From Bacilli bacterium (GTDB lineage: Bacteria; Bacillota_I; Bacilli_A; RF39; UBA660), in assembly GCA_017934595.1 (NCBI GenBank), contig JAGBJG010000002.1, forward strand, positions 68,877 through 132,876: 64,000 bases of DNA. The letters are read 5' to 3'. The position numbers and the translations under genes are program-made. Under the pieces are notes generated by a model. It saw only the letters and a program-made list of their open reading frames with translations, searched no databases and was not told the DNA's origin. The first letter of the stretch is position 1. Each line of letters opens with the position of its first letter. This document shows, piece after piece, positions 49,246-56,947 of this stretch.

Positions 49246-49267
49246 TAGATAAGTTTTTAGATAAGTT
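49246..49267 (+). repeat. two direct copies of TAGATAAGTT (12-bp phase) at the right end of the segment
   Basis: Copies at 49246-49255 and 49258-49267. Confidence 0.8.
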
Positions 49268-49280
49268 CTGCTAGGTTTGC

Positions 49281-49360
49281 CGAGTGCTACGGAGTGCTAC
49301 CAAGTGCAACCGAGTGCCGAATTAACGAGCCAAGTGCTCCCAAAAGCTCCCAAAATCCCC
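49281..49360 (+). repeat. GC-rich degenerate tandem repeat with a 10-bp period (8 units)
   Basis: Units are CGAGTGCTAC, GGAGTGCTAC, CAAGTGCAAC, CGAGTGCCGA, ATTAACGAGC, CAAGTGCTCC, CAAAAGCTCC and CAAAATCCCC. Conspicuously GC-rich for this genome. Confidence 0.6.
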
Positions 49361-49371
49361 AATACAAAAGG

Positions 49372-49416
49372 CCATGTGGCAGTGGTAAGAAATATAAACA
49401 ATGTTGTGGTAAATAA
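49372..49416 (+). pseudogene. displaced or degenerate second copy of the secA SEC-C tail (PCGSGKKYKQCCGK*)
   Basis: Reads P C G S G K K Y K Q C C G K stop, against the secA end CPCGSGRKYKQCCGK stop. I found no credible start codon or RBS in this frame. Confidence 0.45.
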
Positions 49417-49417
49417 G
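49390..49417 (+). repeat. right copy of the 28-bp perfect direct repeat
   Basis: Identical to 46506-46533. Confidence 0.9.
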
Positions 49418-49438
49418 ATAGTTTTTGCTATCTTTTTT
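49415..49438 (+). terminator. terminator hairpin directly after the right repeat copy
   Basis: AAGATAG-TTTTTG-CTATCTT followed by a T run. It would terminate secA if the segment were absent. Confidence 0.55.
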
Positions 49439-49484
49439 CTTTAGTTTTATCTATGATATAATATATTTGAAGGGATGTGACAAT

Positions 49485-50372
49485 ATGATTTTGAATATAA
49501 GTGGAAGAACAGATATTGTCGCATTTTATTCTGATTGGTTAATGAATCGATTCAAAGAAGGTTTTATTGATGTAAGAAATCCTTTTAATCCTAAACTGGT
49601 AAGTAGGATAATGATGGAAGATGTTGACTTAATATTTTTCTGTACTAAAAATCCAATTCCAATAGTGGACAAATTAAAAGATATAAATAAAAAAATATAT
49701 TTTCATGTTACATTAACATCATATAAAAAAGATATAGAACCTAATTTACCACCTAAGAAAGATATTATTGAAGCTATTAAAAAGATATCTAAAATCATAG
49801 GAAAAGGTAACATAGTTGTTAGATACGATCCAATATTATTAAATGATAATTATACTTTAGAGTATCATATTAAATCATTTGAAACGATATGTGAACTTTT
49901 AGATGGATATGTAAGTAAGATATTAATATCTTTTATAGATGATTATAAAAATGTTAGAAATAATTATAGAGTACTTAAATATAGAAAATTATCTGAAAAC
50001 GATTATAGGAGAATAGGATTATCATTTAGTGAAATAGCTAATAAACATAATATGGTAATCCATACCTGTAGTGAAGAAAGAAATTTGGTTGAATATGGTT
50101 TTATAAAAGATGATTGTATGTCTAAGGAATTAGCTTTAAAACTAACTGGTAAAAAATATAGAAAATGGAACGCTAGAAATAATAAATATTGTAATTGTGT
50201 TGAAATGGTAGATATCGGTGTATATAATTCGTGCAAACATTTTTGTAAATATTGTTATGCTAATTTTGACGAGAAGAAAGTAATAGAAAATTATAATAAG
50301 CATAATCCCAAATCATCACTTTTAATAGGTGAATTAGAAAGTGATGATGTTATAAAGATAAGAAAGCCATAA
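49485..50372 (+). CDS. DUF1848-family protein with a C-terminal CX3CX2C cysteine cluster
   Basis: ILNISGRTDIVAFYSDWLMNRFKEGFIDVRNPFNP matches my memory of the DUF1848 N-terminus. The C-terminus has CNCVEMVDIGVYNSCKHFCKYCYA. ATG 49485 is preferred, because the track start at 49425 lies inside the terminator. Confidence 0.7.
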   Translation: MILNISGRTDIVAFYSDWLMNRFKEGFIDVRNPFNPKLVSRIMMEDVDLIFFCTKNPIPIVDKLKDINKKIYFHVTLTSYKKDIEPNLPPKKDIIEAIKKISKIIGKGNIVVRYDPILLNDNYTLEYHIKSFETICELLDGYVSKILISFIDDYKNVRNNYRVLKYRKLSENDYRRIGLSFSEIANKHNMVIHTCSEERNLVEYGFIKDDCMSKELALKLTGKKYRKWNARNNKYCNCVEMVDIGVYNSCKHFCKYCYANFDEKKVIENYNKHNPKSSLLIGELESDDVIKIRKP

Positions 50373-50460
50373 ATGTTATGAAAACGGGCGTATTTTCCAG
50401 CGAAAATTGGTAGAGTGCATATTATAAATATCGTATGATGTTAAAAGAAAGGAGGACATT

Positions 50461-51048
50461 ATGGATATTGGTAATAAAATAGTGGAATTAAGAAAGAAAA
50501 GTGGATTATCACAGGAAGAATTAGCTGAACAAGTAGGAGTTGCTAGACAAACTATTTCTAAATGGGAATTAGGTGAAACTTCTCCTGATATAAAACAAGC
50601 TAAAGAATTATCTAAAATATTTAATATTAGCTTAGATGAATTAGTATCAAATGATATAAAAGATATACTAGTAGAAAAAACATCTAATACCGAAAAATTA
50701 GCTGGTTTAATATTAAAACTTATCAAAGTGGCTTTAGTGTTTGTAGTAGTAGGACCATTACTTGTAATTACAGCTGCAGTAATATATAGAAATATTCAAA
50801 AGAATAACTTGGGTAGAGTTGTTTCTAAAGATATTATTTGTACATTACATGATAAGACATATTCATATAGCTTTAATTTCTATGAAACAACTGGTGATAT
50901 AAAAGAAGCCGGTGGAGATGGTTATCTTGCTAATATAACAAACGTAGGTAAATATGATGATGCATATCAAGCAATAGATATCATTGATGCATATGTAAAA
51001 AATAATGGTGGAAGTTGTACTATAACTGAAGCTAAAGAAGTTGAATAA
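50461..51048 (+). CDS. XRE-family HTH protein with one TM helix and a C-terminal extracytoplasmic domain
   Basis: N-terminal LRKKSGLSQEELAEQVGVARQTISKWELGETSP, a hydrophobic segment LILKLIKVALVFVVVGPLLVITAAVI, and about 80 further residues. Confidence 0.8.
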   Translation: MDIGNKIVELRKKSGLSQEELAEQVGVARQTISKWELGETSPDIKQAKELSKIFNISLDELVSNDIKDILVEKTSNTEKLAGLILKLIKVALVFVVVGPLLVITAAVIYRNIQKNNLGRVVSKDIICTLHDKTYSYSFNFYETTGDIKEAGGDGYLANITNVGKYDDAYQAIDIIDAYVKNNGGSCTITEAKEVE

Positions 51049-51163
51049 GAAAGTTTATACTTTCTTTTATTTTTGATATAATTTATATAGTAACTCAACC
51101 ACTGGTATGTGTAATTTTTATGTGATTCATAGTATATTTGAATCATGAAAGGAGAAAAAGTTC

Positions 51164-51772
51164 ATGGATTTAATTAAAATAGGAAAATTTATTGCTGGAT
51201 TGAGAAAGGATAAAAATCTTACTCAGGAGTCATTAGCAGAAAAATTATATGTTACAGATAGGGCTGTATCAAAATGGGAAAGAGGTTTATCATTACCTGA
51301 CGCTGATAAAATGCTTGATCTATGTAATATACTAGGAATTAATGTCAATGAACTTCTAAATGGTGAAAAGATTGATATGAAAGACTATGAAAAGAAAACA
51401 GAAGAATTGTTGGTGGAGATGGCTAAAAAAGAAGAAACTAGTAATAAGAAATTAATTATGAATATGTGGATAATCGCAATTACAGCTCTATTATTCTATA
51501 TAGGTATAATTATTGTTTCAGCTATGGCGTTAGAAGAAGGGCCTCTATTAGGAACTATAATATGTGGTTCTACAGCTTTATTAGTAATAGTTGCTTTTTA
51601 TGCATTTAAACTAGAAGTAGAAACTGGTTATTATGAATGTAATAAATGTCACCACAAACATATACCTAATTATTTCGTTGCTATGATATGTCCACATATA
51701 AATTTAACAAGATTCTTAAAATGTCCAAAATGTCATAAGTGGTCTTGGTCTAAAAAAGTTATGACTAAATAA
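51164..51772 (+). CDS. XRE-family HTH protein with 2 TM helices and a C-terminal zinc ribbon
   Basis: LRKDKNLTQESLAEKLYVTDRAVSKWERGLSLP, two hydrophobic helices, then CNKCHH...CPKCHK. Confidence 0.8.
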   Translation: MDLIKIGKFIAGLRKDKNLTQESLAEKLYVTDRAVSKWERGLSLPDADKMLDLCNILGINVNELLNGEKIDMKDYEKKTEELLVEMAKKEETSNKKLIMNMWIIAITALLFYIGIIIVSAMALEEGPLLGTIICGSTALLVIVAFYAFKLEVETGYYECNKCHHKHIPNYFVAMICPHINLTRFLKCPKCHKWSWSKKVMTK

Positions 51773-51804
51773 AACAGACAAAAGTCTGTTTTTTTAAAAA
51801 AATA

Positions 51805-51856
51805 TTGACAAGTATACTTTGCAGTGATATATTATTAATGACAAGTGAACTTGTCA
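51805..51856 (+). promoter_or_regulatory. promoter plus palindromic operator upstream of the membrane-protein/XRE pair
   Basis: TTGACA 51805-51810 with a TG-extended TATATT. Palindrome TGACAAGT-GA-ACTTGTCA at 51839-51856. The half-site TGACAAGT also overlaps the -35. Confidence 0.45.
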
Positions 51857-51866
51857 AGGAGGATTT

Positions 51867-52187
51867 ATGAAAAAGGAAGAAATTTTAGAAAAAAGTCGAA
51901 AGGATAACAAGAACAAGGATATGTATGAAAAGGAAGTAGAAATTAAAGCTGCTACTTGCGCTGCTATTGCCATGTTAATATTAGCGTTTATATATTTCAC
52001 TTATGAAATAATGAGTGGAAAAGGTACTAACTATGCTTTATATTCACTTATTACCATATATAATACTATTTTATATGGTGGAAAAGCTATTAAAATAGAA
52101 AGATGTAGAAAGTTAAATACTTTTACTGCGATTATCTGGGGATTATTAACAGTTACGCTAGTATTAGGCTATTTTAACGTATTATAA
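51867..52187 (+). CDS. small membrane protein (3 predicted TM), partner of the following XRE regulator
   Basis: MKKEEILEKSRKDNKNKDMYEKE followed by three hydrophobic helices. A 2-nt gap separates it from the HTH gene. This pair type is common in Firmicutes (from memory, DUF6442-like). Confidence 0.55.
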   Translation: MKKEEILEKSRKDNKNKDMYEKEVEIKAATCAAIAMLILAFIYFTYEIMSGKGTNYALYSLITIYNTILYGGKAIKIERCRKLNTFTAIIWGLLTVTLVLGYFNVL

Positions 52188-52189
52188 TT

Positions 52190-52399
52190 ATGAAAAAAGA
52201 ATTAGTACTTAAAAATAGACTTAAAGAAGTAAGGGCAGAAAAGAAAATGTCACAGCAAGAACTTGCAGATATGGTCGGTGTATCTAGAAACACAATAAGT
52301 TCATTAGAGACTGGCCAATATGAGCCTACAGCTAAACTAGCATATGTACTTTGTATTGCGTTAGATATGACCTTCGAAGAACTTTTCTATTTTGAGTAG
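52190..52399 (+). CDS. small XRE-family transcriptional regulator (69 aa)
   Basis: LKEVRAEKKMSQQELADMVGVSRNTISSLETGQYEPT. Confidence 0.85.
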   Translation: MKKELVLKNRLKEVRAEKKMSQQELADMVGVSRNTISSLETGQYEPTAKLAYVLCIALDMTFEELFYFE

Positions 52400-52471
52400 G
52401 ATTAGTCCTACTTTTTTATTTTCATAATATATAATTTATGCTATAATTATAAGTAGTTAAGGAGAATTTTT

Positions 52472-53290
52472 ATGAAGAAAAAACAAATTAATTCAGAAAA
52501 TAAAAGAATGTATACGATATTTGGGGTTTTAGCGTTAATTATTATATTAATAATTATAGGTGTAATATCTAAAAATGTTAAATCAACTAATATAGCTAAG
52601 AAAGTAGAATCACTATTAAATAGTTCAGAAGCTAAAGCTATATATATTATGAGAGATGGTTGTACTTATTGCGAATTAAATGAAAGTAATATGAATTCAA
52701 TCGTTAAAGAATATAACTTTGAATATTACAATATTGATACTAATGATTTAAGTGAAAAAGATTTAAATAAAATTATATCAACACTTAAGATTGATGAAAC
52801 TAATTTTGGTACACCATATTTAGTTGCTGTTAAAGATGGCGAAGTAATTGGTAGTTTAAATGGTATGAAATCATATAAAGTATTATTTGACTTCTTAAAA
52901 GAAAATGAATTAATAGATAAAGATTCTAAATTATATTTAAATTATCCAACATTAAGTGAATACAAAAAATTAATTAAATCAGGTGAAAAAGAAGTATTTA
53001 TATTAGCTACATCAACTTGCAAATTCTGTTTAGCTGAACATCCAGTATTAATTGATATAGCTAAAGAAACAGGCGCTAAAATAAATTACTTATATTTAGA
53101 TTATATGTTTAATTCACAAGAAGAATATGATGAATTTATGAGTTCATTAAAATGGTTTGAAGATAATACTGATTGGGGCACTCCAACAACATTAATCGTA
53201 AAAAATAAAGAAGTTAGAAATTATTTAAGTGGTTATAGAGAAAAGGATGAAGTTATATCTTACTACAAGGAAAATGGTATAATTAAGTAG
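52472..53290 (+). CDS. membrane-anchored protein with two thioredoxin-like CxxC modules
   Basis: An N-terminal TM, then two similar halves, each with a CxxC (CTYC at MRDGCTYCEL and CKFC at ATSTCKFCLA) and a GTP..(L/I).VK motif. Confidence 0.6.
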   Translation: MKKKQINSENKRMYTIFGVLALIIILIIIGVISKNVKSTNIAKKVESLLNSSEAKAIYIMRDGCTYCELNESNMNSIVKEYNFEYYNIDTNDLSEKDLNKIISTLKIDETNFGTPYLVAVKDGEVIGSLNGMKSYKVLFDFLKENELIDKDSKLYLNYPTLSEYKKLIKSGEKEVFILATSTCKFCLAEHPVLIDIAKETGAKINYLYLDYMFNSQEEYDEFMSSLKWFEDNTDWGTPTTLIVKNKEVRNYLSGYREKDEVISYYKENGIIK

Positions 53291-53298
53291 GTGAGTAT

Positions 53299-53745
53299 AT
53301 GAAAGATGTATATAGTTTAGTTAGAAAATTTAAGGATAAATATCCTGCAACTATAGCATGGAGATTAAAAGCGCATTCAAAAGTTATAGAAAAGCATATT
53401 AATCCAGATGAAGAATTATTATATGCCTTCATTGGACAAAAATGTTTAGCTGCAACTGATATTATTCATACATATATCGTTGCTATTACAGATAAAAGAA
53501 TCATCATTGCCCATAAAAGATTATTATTTGGATATTTCTGTATTTCAATTACACCAGATTTATTCAATGACTTAACAGTTGAATCTGGAATTTTCTGGGG
53601 AAAAGTTATTATTGATACATTAAATGAACAAGTTGTGATGTCTTATGTTGATAAGAGATGTTTACCGGAAGTAGAAACAGCTATTTCATCAAATATGATG
53701 GAAGCTAAAAAAAGATATCAAAGTCTAGGAGAAAAGCACGATTAG
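53299..53745 (+). CDS. hypothetical protein, bacterial PH-domain-like
   Basis: DEELLYAFIGQK...IVAITDKRIIIAHKRLLFGY resembles YokE/bPH-type domains (from memory, weak). Confidence 0.4.
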   Translation: MKDVYSLVRKFKDKYPATIAWRLKAHSKVIEKHINPDEELLYAFIGQKCLAATDIIHTYIVAITDKRIIIAHKRLLFGYFCISITPDLFNDLTVESGIFWGKVIIDTLNEQVVMSYVDKRCLPEVETAISSNMMEAKKRYQSLGEKHD

Positions 53746-53804
53746 TGCTTTTTATTTGATAAAAATATAAAAACAATATATAATAATAATAGGAGTATGA
53801 TGTT

Positions 53805-55058
53805 ATGAGAAAGATGTTAAAATTATTAATCGCACTTGTTATTCTATATTTTATAATTCAACAATTATTTTATCTTTTTAGTAAAGGACATACTGTTGAA
53901 TACATTGTGAAATCAGGTAATACAGCTATAAATGTTAAAGAAATACTATCTGCTAAAAAGGAAAGTACAGATGGTTATTATATTGAATTGAATTTTGATG
54001 ATAAAGTTATACCATTTAAAGTATACAAAAAATATAATAAAAGAAAACATATGGTTACTGATGTTGATTTATTTTATGGTGATGCATATATATGTGCTAA
54101 GATAAGTATAAAAAATAAAACAAATGAAACTGATATGAAATGTACAAGAAATGGTGTTGTATATTATTATAACGCCATTAAAGGATATGATGCTAAACTA
54201 GATGGTTTAGTATCAGCATCTAATTATGATAGTACTAAATATGTTAATGATGAATTTGTATCAACTAAAGATAATATAGAGTATTTTCCAAATAATTATA
54301 TAGATAATCAAAATATTGCTTTGGCTACTTATAAAGGTACATATTTATTTGGTAAAAATGTAACAGGTGGAGCTAGATATGTCCAATTATTTGAAAAGGA
54401 TCAATACAGTAAAACTTTAGAAACATTAGTTGATAATTATTATGTTGTTGCTAATTATAATGATGTTCATGAGTTTTTAGGATTTTATGCAATTAATCTT
54501 GCTACTGGTGATAAAAGAGAAATAAAAGGCGCTGACGCTATATCATTTAACTCATACATTCAAGGTTCTGTAGATGGCAAAATGTACTTAATAGATATTG
54601 ATAATAAAGTTCAGTATTCTGTTGAACCAAAAAGAAGGGGGATTGAGTTTGTAGGTAATACAAATACAGGTGCTCAAATATATACAAAAGATGGATGGGT
54701 TACTAAAAATATGAATGAAGTAGTTAACTCAAGAGAGACTTTTAGCATGGAAGAAATCGTGCCAATAGATGTAAACGGTTATGAAAAAGCCAAGATGGTT
54801 GATGCTAATTTGTATTATTTATTTAGAAAAAATGGTAGTGTATATAATGCATATATTGTATATGCTGAAGATAATAATTACACGAAAAATTATGCGTTTA
54901 CTACTACTGATATCAATCGTATAAACTATATTGGTGGAAATGTTTACTATATATATGATGATGAAATTAGAATATTTACTGCTGAAGGGGTAAATAAGAA
55001 AATAGTTAAGTATAATGAAATTAAATATAATACTAATTTAAATTTTTATGCATATTAA
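53805..55058 (+). CDS. hypothetical membrane-anchored protein (417 aa)
   Basis: N-terminal TM LLIALVILYFIIQQLFYLF and a Tyr/Asn-rich ectodomain. No family recognised. Confidence 0.5.
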   Translation: MRKMLKLLIALVILYFIIQQLFYLFSKGHTVEYIVKSGNTAINVKEILSAKKESTDGYYIELNFDDKVIPFKVYKKYNKRKHMVTDVDLFYGDAYICAKISIKNKTNETDMKCTRNGVVYYYNAIKGYDAKLDGLVSASNYDSTKYVNDEFVSTKDNIEYFPNNYIDNQNIALATYKGTYLFGKNVTGGARYVQLFEKDQYSKTLETLVDNYYVVANYNDVHEFLGFYAINLATGDKREIKGADAISFNSYIQGSVDGKMYLIDIDNKVQYSVEPKRRGIEFVGNTNTGAQIYTKDGWVTKNMNEVVNSRETFSMEEIVPIDVNGYEKAKMVDANLYYLFRKNGSVYNAYIVYAEDNNYTKNYAFTTTDINRINYIGGNVYYIYDDEIRIFTAEGVNKKIVKYNEIKYNTNLNFYAY

Positions 55059-55094
55059 AAAACAGACTCTCATATAATAATATGAGGTGGTTAT

Positions 55095-55409
55095 GTGGCT
55101 CATGATGGCGAATTATTTATTAATAAAATAAATAAAGTAATTAAAAATAACGAGCATCTTTATTACGGTAAAAATGATGATGAAATAAAAAAATCAGAAG
55201 GTAAAGATATAAATATTAGGCAAAAGATAAATGATATATTTAAATCAAAGAATTACATATATAAAGCTGATGTTATAATTAAGACAAATAAAGGTGAAAT
55301 AAAAACATCAATTATTGGAAAGAATAGTAAGAACTTAATAACTAATGAGAGTGAACTAATTCCGATAGCTGACATATTAGATATAGAGATAAATAAAAAA
55401 ACAGTTTAA
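55095..55409 (+). CDS. hypothetical protein (104 aa)
   Basis: GTG start after the RBS GAGGTGG. Last gene before the bidirectional terminator. Confidence 0.4.
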   Translation: MAHDGELFINKINKVIKNNEHLYYGKNDDEIKKSEGKDINIRQKINDIFKSKNYIYKADVIIKTNKGEIKTSIIGKNSKNLITNESELIPIADILDIEINKKTV

Positions 55410-55421
55410 GAACTGTTTTTT
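55394..55421. terminator. bidirectional terminator
   Basis: A8-AACAGTT-TAAG-AACTGTT-T6 between convergent stop codons. Confidence 0.6.
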
Positions 55422-55863
55422 ATATGCATTCTACATATGTATCATTCAAACATCTTATTGCGCAGCAACAATCTAAATTCATTGTGAAGAAACTATTTGT
55501 TGGTACATAAGGTATATTTGTTTCGGTTGTATCTGGATTTGGCGCTAATACTCTAAATGTGCAGCAACATCCATCAACTTTTTCTACTCTGAATACATTT
55601 GAACAAGTAACGCCTTCGTCTCCACATACTACATCTTCTTTAGTAGTAGGCATGCTCCAAGGTGTCCCGTTACCGCTGCAAGTATATAGCATCACAGGTC
55701 TAGTATTACATAAAATAGTACTAGCTTGACATCCTAAAAAGCCTCTATCACAAGTATCTAGACAGCTTTCACTACATTCAGCGTTATTTTGTAATATATT
55801 AATTGTATTTAGTATATCCGCGATACATCTGCAACCATCATTATTATTACACATATAATCCAC
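55420..55863 (-). CDS. CotY/CotZ-family cysteine-rich spore coat / exosporium protein
   Basis: VFRVEKVDGCCCTFRVLAP matches B. subtilis CotY/Z FFRVEKLCDCCATLSILRP. NLDCCCAIRCLNDTYV matches DLGCFCAIQCLSPELV. Confidence 0.75.
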   Translation of the reverse strand: MDYMCNNNDGCRCIADILNTINILQNNAECSESCLDTCDRGFLGCQASTILCNTRPVMLYTCSGNGTPWSMPTTKEDVVCGDEGVTCSNVFRVEKVDGCCCTFRVLAPNPDTTETNIPYVPTNSFFTMNLDCCCAIRCLNDTYVECI

Positions 55864-56002
55864 CCTTTCATTGTTCTAATATAGCATATTCTAACTATCT
55901 ATAAATGTGTGAATAAAATACCTATTAATAATTTATAAAATAATATAAAAAGGGGTTATCAAATTGAAAAAAATTTGATATAATGATATTAGAATAAAGG
56001 GG

Positions 56003-56881
56003 ATGGATGGTATGGATAGCATAGTTTTATATAATCAAAACGGCCAAAAATTCGATGTTAATGTAGTTAGATATTTTAAAGATGGTAATAATAAGTACCT
56101 AGTTTTTGATTTGTCAGAAATTGATAATAATGGATATATTCAATTATATTTAGCTAAAGAACAAAATGAAAATGGTAAAGTAACATTAAGCAATGTAACT
56201 GATAGTGATGAATGGCAAAAATTTACAAGCACAATTCAAAAAATAGTTACTAATAATAGAAATGGTATTGCTAATGAAGGTGATCTAGATTATAAAGTTT
56301 TAGATGGCGCTACTGTATCTGAATTTAGAATATTTAAATTAAAAGAAGATGTAGCTAAAATGTTAGGCGCAAATAAAAATGTAAAAGTTCCTGAACCAGA
56401 AATCCCAGTAGTTAGTGAATTGCCTGAAGCAGAACCAGTAAATTTACAATCTGCATCTGCTAGGGACACTGGATTAACTATAGAGGAAATATTAAAACAA
56501 GTTAGTGATGGTGCTAAAAGTGCTAGAGAAAATTCAAAAGTTACTTTAACTCCAAAGAAAACATTAGAAGATATAATGAAACCAATTGAAGAAGTACCTG
56601 CTGCAGTTCCAGAAGTAGAAGATATTACTATTCCTGCTACTCATGAAGTATTCAAAGAAGAACCAAAATTCTTCGTTCCATTTGAAGAAGAAAAATTGGA
56701 ACCAAAAGTTATTCCAAGTATGCCTAAACCAGTTATTCCAAATGATACAACTGATTATAAAGCAAAATATGAAGAGAGCTTAACTACAATTCGTAAATTA
56801 GAAGATGAAAATATTCGTCTAATAAACGAATTAGTTGAAGCCAAAGCTAAAATAGCTACAATTAAAGATATAATAGATTAG
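56003..56881 (+). CDS. hypothetical protein: globular N-domain, Pro/Glu-rich linker, C-terminal coiled coil
   Basis: 292 aa. PEPEIPVVSELPEAEP...PKVIPSMPKPVIP, then YKAKYEESLTTIRKLEDENIRLINELVEAKAKIATIKD. ATG 56012 is an alternative start. Confidence 0.5.
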   Translation: MDGMDSIVLYNQNGQKFDVNVVRYFKDGNNKYLVFDLSEIDNNGYIQLYLAKEQNENGKVTLSNVTDSDEWQKFTSTIQKIVTNNRNGIANEGDLDYKVLDGATVSEFRIFKLKEDVAKMLGANKNVKVPEPEIPVVSELPEAEPVNLQSASARDTGLTIEEILKQVSDGAKSARENSKVTLTPKKTLEDIMKPIEEVPAAVPEVEDITIPATHEVFKEEPKFFVPFEEEKLEPKVIPSMPKPVIPNDTTDYKAKYEESLTTIRKLEDENIRLINELVEAKAKIATIKDIID

Positions 56882-56947
56882 AAATGATTAATTCATTTCT
56901 TTTTTCATATATAAATATATTTTTCGTATAATTTATTAGGTGATTGT

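Larger units (their letters stand above)
46534..49389. mobile_element. candidate inserted segment (about 2.86 kb) bounded by the duplicated secA 3' end. No recombinase recognised inside
   Basis: Bounded by the 28-bp direct repeat plus a degenerate extra copy of the SEC-C coding tail at the right end. Each repeat copy has its own terminator. The cargo is accessory in nature. Confidence 0.4.

Noticed and set aside
49261-49416. Open frame ISSARFAECYGVLPSATECRINEPSAPKSSQNPQYKRPCGSGKKYKQCCGK as an expressed Cys-rich peptide, possibly a substrate for the adjacent DUF1848 enzyme
   Set aside because: It has no ATG and no RBS. The only GTG is directly abutted by GGAG. A terminator separates it from the DUF1848 gene. 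The end is better explained as a duplicated secA tail.
55420-55863. Cysteine-rich 147-aa protein as a bacteriocin or RiPP precursor
   Set aside because: Two sequence blocks match the CotY/CotZ spore coat family. It is too large for a precursor peptide. It has no leader or cleavage motif, and no modification or transport genes are adjacent.
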